Positions 39,124 to 48,309 of a stretch of DNA of 64,000 nucleotides are shown piece after piece. The notes under the pieces were generated by a model. It ran no database searches. It had not been told where the DNA came from and saw nothing but the letters and a program-made list of their open reading frames with translations. The position numbers and the translations under genes were made by a program. How positions within the stretch are numbered: position 1 is the stretch's first letter; every line of letters starts with the position of its first letter. The DNA comes from Magallana gigas (lineage: Eukaryota), in the NCBI RefSeq assembly GCF_963853765.1, contig NC_088855.1:40052001-40116000 (forward strand), read 5' to 3'.

Positions 39124-40091
39124 CGGAACACTCCGGCGGCTGATACATTTTTATCCTTTTGAATAATTGATGACCTCTTGGACATAAAATATGAGACCAA
39201 AATAAAAGATTGACTTGGATGCTGTAAATTTTCATTGAGAATCTGAAGGAGAATCCAAATGGTAAGCTCAATCATTGATTCAGATTTGGAAGCCTCAAAT
39301 GTTGATCAGTTCTCAGCGACATGACGATGCCAATATTGTTACTGAATAAATCGGCTGTGGCAAAGCTGTAAATGTAAGTAACTTTACAGTATGCCTTCAA
39401 ATAGCTTGATGGCTCCAGCGTTATAGTAATAGACTGACGATCGTAAAACCTTAACTCCAAGCAAATAAACTTCTTCAAGATATTTTATCGTTTTAATTAA
39501 ATAAATGCAAAAGCCTATGAAAATTGCAGATACATGTACAGTTCTGAAAGACAGTTCTGTCATATCTTGACATAAAACACGATCTGATGAAAAACACGCA
39601 AATGAAATGTCAAAATGGACCCTTTTGCAGTTTGCTTGCATCGTTCATTAGGGTTACCAAAATGTGTTCCGTTTTGATTATCTAAAATAAAAATCCACAA
39701 GAACTTCTGGTGGCTCGGGATGGTATTCTAGTTGTATTGTATGCCCGCTCTTGCTTTCAAAGGATCCAAATGGACTGTTACGCAGTTTGTTTTCTTTGCA
39801 CATTTGCCTTATTTTTAATATGTTCCGTTTTCTTGATCTAGACGAAAGTGTCAACCTCAAGTTTTCTCATTACATTTCAAAATGTTGAGAGTGTTTGACA
39901 TGTTTTTCTTGTTTTTGTTCAAGTATAACGACACAAGGCAACTGTCTGGAAGCATAAACATTATGATGGAAATACAGTCAATCATCGATCCAGATTATTG
40001 GTGAAACAATATCAGGTTATAGAATACATTTCTTGATCATTTGAAGTATTGGTTTTTCACCTGTTTTGATCCCGTTTCCAGGTGAGTATCA

Positions 40092-40163
40092 GCCGGAATA
40101 GCTCAGTTGGGAGAGCGTTAGACTGAAGATCTAAAGGCCCCCGGTTAATCCCGGGTTCCGGCA
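40092..40163 (+). pseudogene. tRNA-Phe copy 9 with C56 deleted (B-box lesion)
   Basis: T-loop reads CCGGTTAATCCC. Confidence 0.85.
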
Positions 40164-41138
40164 CGGAACACTCCGGCGGCTGATACATTTTTATCCTTTT
40201 GAATAATAGATGACCTCTTGGACTAAAAATTTGAGACCAAAATAAAAGATTGACATGGATACTGTAAATTATCATTGAGAATCTGAAGGAGAATCCAGAT
40301 GGTAAGCTCAACCATCGATTCAGATTTGGAAAGTTCAAATGTAGATCAGTTCTCAGCGTCATGACGATGCCAATATTGTTACTGAATAAATCGGCTGTGG
40401 ACAAGCTGTAATTGTAAGTAACTTTACAGTATGCCTTCAAATAGCTTGATGGCTCCAGCGTTGACTGAAATAGTAATAAACTGACGATCGTAAAACCTTA
40501 ACTCCAAGCAAATAAACTTCTTCAAGATATTTTATCGTTTTAATTAAATAAATTCAAAAGCCTATGAAAATTGCAGATACATGTACAGTTCTGAAAGACA
40601 GTTCTGTCATATCTTGACATAAAACACGATCTGATGAAAAACACGCAAATGAAATGTCAAAATGGACCCTTTTTCAGTTTGCTTGCATCGTTCATTAGGG
40701 TTACCAAAATGTGTTCCGTTTTGATTATCTAAAATAAAAATCCACAAGAACTTCTGGTGGCTCGGGATGGCATTCTAGATGTATTGTATGCCCGCTCTTG
40801 CTTTCAAAGGATCCAAATGGACTGTTACGCAGTTTGTTTTCTTTGCACATTTGCCTTATTTTTAATATGTTCCGTTTTCTTGATCTAGACGAAAGTGTCA
40901 ACCTCAAGTTTTCTCATTACATTTCAAAATGTTGAGAGTGTTTGACATGTTTTTCTTGTTTTTGTTCAAGTATAACGACACAAGGCAACTGTCTGGAAGC
41001 ATAAACATTATGATGGAAATACAGTCAATCATCGATCCAGATTATTGGTGAAACAATATCAGGTTATAGAATACATTTCTTGATCATTTGAAGTATTGGT
41101 TTTTCACCTGTTTTGATCCCGTTTCCAGGTGAGTATCA

Positions 41139-41211
41139 GCCGGAATAGCTCAGTTGGGAGAGCGTTAGACTGAAGATCTAAAGGCCCCCGGTTAAATCCC
41201 GGGTTCCGGCA
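41139..41211 (+). pseudogene. tRNA-Phe copy 10 with C56A (B-box lesion)
   Basis: T-loop reads CCGGTTAAATCCC. Confidence 0.8.
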
Positions 41212-42187
41212 CGGAACACTCCGGCGGCTGATACATTTTTATCCTTTTGAATAATAGATGACCTCTTGGACTAAAAATTTGAGACCAAAATAAAAGATTG
41301 ACATGGATGGTGTAAATTTTCATTGAGAATCTGAAGGAGAATCCAGATGGTAAGCTCAACCATGGATTCAGATTTGGAAGCTTCAAATGTAGATCAGTTC
41401 TCAGCGACATGACGATGCCAATATTGTTACTGAATAAATCGGCTGTGGACAAGCTGTAATTGTACGTAACTTTACAGTATGCCTTCAAATAGCTTGATGG
41501 CTCCAGCGTTGACTGAAATAGTAATAGACTGACGATCGTAAAACCTTAACTCCAAGCAAATAAACTTCTTCAAGATATTTTATCGTTTTAATTAAATAAA
41601 TGCAAAAGCCTATGAAAATTGCAGATACATGTACAGTTCTGAAAGACAGTTCTGTCATATCTTGACATAAAACACGATCTGATGAAAAACACGCAAATGA
41701 AATGTCAAAATGGACCCTTATTCAGTTTGCTTGCATCGTTCATTAGGGTTACCAAAATGTGTTCCGTTTTGATTATCTAAAATAAAAATCCACAAGAACT
41801 TCTGGTGGCTTGGGATGGCATTCTAGATGTATTGTATGCCCGTTCTTGCTTTCAAGAGATCAAAATGGACTGTTACGCAGTTTGCTTTCTTTGCACATTT
41901 GCCTTATCTTTAATATGTTCCGTTTTCTTGATCTAGACGAAAGTGTCAACCTCAAGTTTTCTCATTACATTTCAAAATGTTGAGAGTGTTTGACACGTTT
42001 TTCTTGTTTTTTGCTCAAGTATAACGACACAAGGCAACTGTCTGGAAACATAAACACAATGATAGAAATACAGTCAATCATTGATCCAAATTATTGGGGA
42101 AACAATATCAGGTTATAGAATACATTTCTTGATCATTTGAAGTATTGGTTTTTTACCTCTTTTGATCCCATTTCCAGGTGAATATCA

Positions 42188-42245
42188 GCTGGAATAGCTC
42201 AGTTGGGAGATCGTTAGACTTAAGATCTAAAGGCCCCCGGTTCAA
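42188..42245 (+). pseudogene. tRNA-Phe copy 11, 5' part (nt 1-58), split by a 4.4-kb insertion
   Basis: GCTGGAATAGCTCAGTTGGGAGATCGTTAGACTTAAGATCTAAAGGCCCCCGGTTCAA followed by unrelated sequence; extra substitutions C3T, G24T and G34T. Confidence 0.93.
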
Positions 42246-42491
42246 AAGGTGGGGGCAGTTTCAGTTTCTGAATCTTCCAGAAATCAACAGTGCATCAGTC
42301 TTTAATTGATTATTATTTAAAGAATTTGCCACAAATCAATGCATAATTTTGACACATTAAACTTACATATAAGTATTTATAATTATTATTTGTTATTGCG
42401 ACATGTTATCACTTAAATTATCTAAAAAATTATACATTTTTGATATTAAATATAAATGTTTAAATGAATTATATCACTTTTGTCACTATTA

Positions 42492-42562
42492 TATACCCAC
42501 TAGGGTTCGAACCCGGATCTTTTGTCAAAAAGACAAGTATGCTTCTATTGCACCATGGGAAT
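42492..42562 (-). ncRNA. tRNA-Gln-like cloverleaf module inside the transposon
   Basis: ATTCCCA TG GTGC AATAGAA GCAT A CTTGT CTTTTTG ACAAA AGAT CCGGG TTCGAAC CCTAG TGGGTAT; A box TGGTGCAATAG, B box GGTTCGAACC; four stems with few mismatches. Confidence 0.6.
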
Positions 42563-42792
42563 TTTAAGTGACAGAAAGCAAAGTCCTAATTAGGCATTAT
42601 TAAAGATACCAAAAAACTTTCCCTCTGCTTTATGAGACATACAGTATTCTTACTATATGTCTCCAAGGGCTTCGACCTTCTAGTTAAGCAGTTAGCTAAA
42701 CTAGGCAGCATTAAAAGGTTTTTTTACAATGTTTTTTGGGGGGTTTTTTTTTGGGGGGGGGGGTCTTCAAATTTTGGTTTCGGTGAAGACTC

Positions 42793-45700
42793 TCACTTGT
42801 CATCTGAAGAGAGATCTTCTTTTGCAGTCTTCTCAACAGGCATGCAGGTCTTGTCTGCCTTCGCTTTCCTTTTGCCATATCCTTTTTCTCTCAACTCCTC
42901 TTCCAAGCATCATATGATATGGCAGTCTTTGAGGGACAGTAAATAATTCCAAACTACTGCTGATGACCTCCTCCTGACTTGTCCTCTCCACATTTACTAT
43001 AAGAAGTGACAAAGGCCTTTCGAACATAGGGTCTTGAAGTTGAAGTTCCCTTCCTCCACTGACTGCTGTTTCTTCTTCTGGTAGTGCTTGGTAGAGTATG
43101 GTATTAAGGGAACCTGAGATGGCACTGGGACTATTTTCACTGGAGGAATGTTGTTGATTGGCACGGGTTGGACAAACACTGGTTGCTCTGGAAAAATCCT
43201 CCGTCTTCCTTTGGTGCCTTGTCCAACAGTGGATAGATTCACTGTGAATCCATGGGGGTCTGGTGTTCCAGTCTCTAAGGCCTTTGGTTTTAGCATTGGA
43301 AGGGGTAGTGACTGGGCCGCAACAGACGTTAATAAATTCCTTAATAAATCCCTTACAAGTTTGGTTGATTGATATCGCTAATTTTCACACAGGGTCCTAA
43401 TAAATCCCTTACAAGTCTGGTTGATTGATGTCGCTAATTTTCACACATGAGCTGGGCCTGGGGGGATCGTACCACAGGTGGTCTATTTTCCTGTCATCCA
43501 GCTCAGGCTTACCCTTGGCATTGAAAGAGAACAGAGCCTTAGATATCCAAGGAATGTCCTCTGGAGGCAGACATGATTTCCAGCTATCTATGATAGGATA
43601 CTCTCTAAAAAAGGATAAATAATGCAAATGAAAAAAGGCAACTCACCCAGTCACAGGCAATATCATCTTAAAAATTTCATTAATTCTCATTCTAGTTTAA
43701 AAAATTACCATATATAACTGGTTGAAGGTTCAGAGTCTGCGTTTGTGGTGTAGCTGTCACTGATGAAGTCGATGACGAAGCTGATGGTAGCCTTGTTGAC
43801 GTAGCCGGTGGTGGCAGTGTCACTGAGGTAGCGGATGGTGGCAGAGTAACTGACGAAGCTGGTAGTGGCAGTGTCACTGACAGAGTTGGAGTTGGAGGTA
43901 ACACTGATGGAGTCGGAGTCGGAGAGAGGCGACACTGACGGACTCACTGGTGGAGGTGACACTGACATACTCACTGGTGGAGGCGACAAGGACGGAGTCA
44001 CTGGTGGAAGCAACACTGACAGACTCGCTGGTGGAGGCGACATTGACGGAGTCACTGGTGGAAGCAACTCTGAAGGAGTCACTGGTTGGGGTGACATTGA
44101 CGAAGTCTCTAGAAGAGGCGACACTGACGGAGGCAACATTGACGGACTCACTGACGGAGGCAACACTGACGGAGTCACTGTAGGAGATTACGATGATAAT
44201 CCAGAACTCACTGAGATCTATGAAGCTTCCACAACTACCACTGCAACAGGATGCAAAATCAAAGTAATTGTTTGAAGATCATACTATATGGTATTAAATA
44301 AAAGAGCTTTATTTTCAGTTGTGTCGTGTACTTACCATTTTTTGTTGGTTTACTTGGCTTGGCTGATCTTTGTCGACTCGGAGCCAAGGTGTCCTTTGCC
44401 GTCAGAAGATGGGGGCGGGTCTTCTGAGGGCTTTTGACATTGCGAAGATCTGAAAGGAAAACAAGTAGTGTAAATAAATGAGCTTATCTAAAACAATATA
44501 TGCGATCGAAGAGAAATATCAGTTTCGCTTACTGACCTTTCTGTCGAGGAGGCACTGTTGAAAGAGGCTTGGTCTAGCTTGGCGATCTTGTCGGTGCAGA
44601 GGATTCTACAATGCATTACATTGCAATCAATCACAAGTTTTATTTTCTGTTAATCAACTATACCAAATTTAATTCACCGAAAAAAGTCAAAAATGATATT
44701 TTTATACTCCACGCCACACCTCTGACTAATTACACTTACCATAATTTGCTGAAGTCTATATAGAGCTAATACGGAAGTTTAACACAATATATATAATTTA
44801 CTATTTATATGAAACTAAAAGAGGACACAATATCAGTTACTTTTTAATTTATATATAGATATTGATATGAAATTATGCTTTATGAAAAATCAATTGATTC
44901 ATTTAAATTTAAAAGCTTTGTTTTTATATACTTTAAACAAATCTTACAGTGTTTATAGATAGACTTATTTGACGAATAAAACTGAAGAATTGAATAAAAA
45001 TTAAAAAATTACCTTTCAACAGATTGCTTTCTATTTTTTCTACTTCTCCTTATAACGCAATATCTGAAAAATCATCCACAGACATCTTCCTTGGACTCAG
45101 TATGTTTGGTTTAACAACCGGCCGAGATCTGGCAGCTTCCTCATGCTGTACTTTTCTTGCCTCCGCAGCAGGAAGATGTGAAAATAAGAACTCTGGTGTT
45201 AAAGGAGGCCTTTTCTTTTCCTCTTCTTTCACTTCGCTGCTGCTTTTTCAATTTGACAACTTCTCGACCCAGGATATTAAATCAATTTTAGACATAGTAA
45301 CCTATTAATTATCAAGTAACATCAAGTTTAATGAATTTTTAATTTTATGATTCAAATATTAAGAAGAATGAAAACTTCTATATTTATCGTTTGTTATTAG
45401 TATATTTACGACATGATTATATATATGTTACCGACGTTTTGTTTAATTTATCACAAATGAATATATAAGGCATTACTTACCTTCAGGGAAAGAGAGTAGG
45501 TAATCCTTAAACGCATGCTTGTTCTCTCTCTCCTCATTGCATCCCTAAGCCAGCCCGCATAACTGAGGCAGTTTTCCACCATCCATAAAAATGTCTGACC
45601 CTGATATTTACCAAATTAGGTTGGGATTTGTCCATGAAGAATTTGGAAATTCTTCGGATCACCATTTTTGGATTTTACAGCCCTAACTGCTTGGCTTTGA

Positions 45701-45815
45701 CTTGTGACGGCTGCTCACATAATCCCGGCATAGACTTGACTAGGCCTTTCTCTGCCTCTTCCCTCCCGTACAACAGGAGGTCTCCATTTCTTGTTCGCCG
45801 GAAATGAGACAACAT
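42793..45815 (-). pseudogene. Multi-exon transposase-like pseudogene (DUF6729/Dada-type N- and C-terminal regions; catalytic core missing)
   Basis: GT-AG exons at ~45481-45816 (MLSHFRRTRNG...GDPKNFQILHGQIP*FGKYQGQTFLWMVENCLSYAGWL), ~45013-45270, ~44538-44607, ~44336-44450, ~43709-44240 (Pro/Ser/Thr repeats) and 43604 downward (WKSCLPPEDIPWISKALF...GKPEL...LWYDPPRP, then a junction, then C-terminal KCGEDK...GH...FG..YCP...YDAWK); stops and frameshifts present. Confidence 0.7.
43342..43447. repeat. Two 50-bp direct repeats at the internal deletion junction of the transposase
   Basis: 43342-43391 and 43398-43447, 2 mismatches, 6-bp spacer GGGTCC. Confidence 0.9.
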
Positions 45816-46686
45816 GCTGTAGATTTGGTGGATGATCAAACAAAATTGGATGAAAGTTAAGGCTATCAAAAGTCTTGCTGCATGAATGTGAATCTCAATA
45901 ATGTTGTTCTTAGAATATTTACATTGTGCCTCACTCTTAATTAATATAATAAAGATAATTTTGATACTCATATCACCTGTTACAAAGGTGTGCAAAACAG
46001 TTGGATATTTACATGAATTAATTACAGATGCAAGATGTAAATTCAAAATATTTCCAAAGCACGTGGTACTGATTATAAACACGGTCTTATCTACCTATGT
46101 TCGTCTCTTATTATACACCACGGAGAGTTGAAAAGTCATAAATTAAAGTTGCTGAAAAAGGTGTATGAGGATGAGGGGGTCAGGTCATGTTGTTGATAAA
46201 TACCGGCTAAAACCCATTAAGATAAGCGTGAAAACCTAATAAGATAATAACATTAAGTTACAAGCATTCATTCATATATGCCAATAATTAATTATGCGCA
46301 GTTAATTGCTAGAAAAAGCGATTGAACTTAAATAGGTCATGTCGTACATCAAAGCAGAGAAAAGGGGGGGGGTGTAATAAAATGGCTACTTACATGTTTT
46401 TGTTCCTTTGTATGTCCAAACAATCACTTGCACGGAAACAAATCCACTAAAAGCTATACAATCTAGGCGATCACTAACTTAAATATCACTATTTTCATAC
46501 ACGATTTTCACAAAACCACTATATTGACAACCGGTAAATATCACATCCAATATGGCGGAATAATCAGGGGCAGATAACTCCAATATTTACTCTCCTCGGC
46601 AGCAGCATCTCATTGGTCAATTTATGATTGATTTGTGGTAGATTTGCCATGGAACTGAGGTCACTGATTGGCTGGCTGGAGTGCAA

Positions 46687-46701
46687 TCCCGGGTTCCGGC
46701 A
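46687..46701 (+). pseudogene. tRNA-Phe copy 11, 3' part (nt 59-73)
   Basis: TCCCGGGTTCCGGCA followed by the standard trailer CGGAACACTCCGGCGGCTGATACATTTTT. Confidence 0.93.
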
Positions 46702-47675
46702 CGGAACACTCCGGCGGCTGATACATTTTTATCCTTTTGAATAATTGATGACCTCTGGGACATAAAATTTAAGCTCAATATAAAAGATTGACATGGATGC
46801 TGTAAATTGTCATTGATAATCTGAAGGAGAATCCAGATGGTGAACTCAACCATGGATTCAGATTTGGAAGCTTCAAATGTTGATCAGTTTTCGGCAACAT
46901 GACGATGCCAATATTGTTACTGAATAAATTGGCTCTGGCAAAGCTGTTATTGAACGAACATTTACGGTATCCCTTCACATAGCTTGATGGCTCCAGCGTT
47001 GAACGAATTGATGATAGACTGACGATCGTAAAACCTTAACTCCCAACAAGAAAACTTCTTAAAAGACATTTAAACTTTATAATTAAATAATTGCACAAGC
47101 CTATGAAAATTGCAGATACATGTACTGTTCTGAAAGATAGTTCTGTCAAATCTCGCCATAAAACACGATCTGATGATGAACACGCAAATAAAATGTCAAA
47201 CTGGACCCTCTTGCAGTTTGCTTGCATCGTTCATTAGGGTTACCAAAATGTTCCGTTTTGATTATCTAAAATAAAAATCCACAAGAACTACTAGTGGCTT
47301 GGGATGGCATTCTAGATGTATGCCTGTTCATGCTTTCAAGGGATCAAAATGGATTGTTACGCAGTTTGCTCTCTTTGCACAATCGCCTTATCCTTAATGT
47401 GTTCCGTTTTCTTGATCTAGACGAAAGTGTCAATCTCAAGTCTTCTCATTACATTTCAAAATGTTGAGAGTGTTTGGCGTGTTTTTCTTGTTTTTGATCA
47501 TGTATAACGACACACGGCAACTGTCTGGAAGCATAAACATTATGATGGAAATACAGTCATTCATCGATCCAGATTATTGGGGAAACAATATCAGGTTTAC
47601 TTATAGAATACATTTCTTGATCATTTGAATTATTGGTGTTTCACCTGTTTTGATCCCGTTTCCAGGTGAGTATCA

Positions 47676-47737
47676 ACCGGAATAGCTCAGTTGGGAGAGC
47701 GTTAGACATAAGATCTGAGCAATCCCGGGTTTCGGCA
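47676..47737 (+). pseudogene. tRNA-Phe copy 12, degenerate, variable loop and T-stem deleted
   Basis: ACCGGAATAGCTCAG...GACATAAGATCT GAG CAATCCCGGGTTTCGGCA; AAAGGCCCCCGGTT is missing. Confidence 0.9.
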
Positions 47738-48309
47738 CCGAACACTCCGGCGGCTGATATATCTTTCTTTGTTTACTCATAATAATAGATTGATATGTAT
47801 ACTGTGAATTGTTAGTTAGAATCTGAAGGAGATTTCAGATTATGTACATATCTTTTTTCATTCTTTTCTAACTTCAGCACTCAACAATTTTTTTCAGTGG
47901 TTGTTTAAATTCGAAGCTACAATGCCAATCAACCAACAATTATGTTATAGGGTTTCAAATATCTTAATTTAGTGTATATGTTTTTCCATCGAGAGGCATC
48001 CATTCAGATTCAAATCACGGCGCTGTTTTGATGTTTTTTCCTCTAATAAGACCATTGTCTGAGATACAATGTTAGGTCAGTCATTGACTTCGTCAGATTT
48101 ACAGTAAAAGATGATATTTTTTAAAGAGTCAAAGAGTTAAGGGTCAATACGTTCTGGAGATAAAAGAAACAAACAATAGAAGTCAATTTGGAGAAATTTG
48201 TTTATAATGCACAATTGACCTATATAGATTTGAATTCAATTTCCAAAGGATACAATTTCATAGTATATATGACTATTTTGCTTAGAAACAATATGAAGTG
48301 ATTTAATTG

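Larger units (their letters stand above)
42246..46680 (-). mobile_element. TIR-less DNA transposon inserted in the tRNA-Phe T-loop with a 6-bp TSD; Dada-like, internally deleted (non-autonomous)
   Basis: Left flank ...CCGGTTCAA (TSD 42240-42245); right flank GTGCAA (46681-46686) then TCCCGGGTTCCGGCA and the normal array spacer. Contains a spliced transposase-like pseudogene. Family assignment is from recalled motifs and target type. Confidence 0.75.
27160..47850 (+). repeat. Tandem array of a ~1.04-kb unit, each unit carrying one tRNA-Phe gene (12 copies or remnants), interrupted by two mobile elements
   Basis: tRNA starts at 27186, (28111 partial), 29121, 30161, 31208, 32253, 38011, 39051, 40092, 41139, 42188 and 47676; spacing 1040-1049 bp; spacers near-identical centrally and more diverged at the edges. 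Confidence 0.97.

Noticed and set aside
27212-41488. Recurrent minus-strand ORFs in every array unit (MKAYCKV..., MQANCKR..., MRLTLSS...)
   Set aside because: They recur only because the spacer is tandemly repeated, overlap the tRNA antisense, vary in stops and frames between units and show no domain motifs.
27186-42245. Regularly spaced conserved repeats suggesting a CRISPR-like array
   Set aside because: The repeats are tRNA genes and the spacers are near-identical ~1 kb, not unique; eukaryotic context.
43865-44275. Plus-strand Gly/Asp/Thr-rich ORFs (136 aa, 77 aa)
   Set aside because: Antisense read-through of the transposase coding minisatellite.
46650-46680. AACTGAG near the element right end is complementary to the tRNA A-box CTCAGTT and loosely to TTCAGTT near the left end
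   Set aside because: Only 6-7 bp at unequal distances from the ends; cannot be distinguished from chance without more copies.
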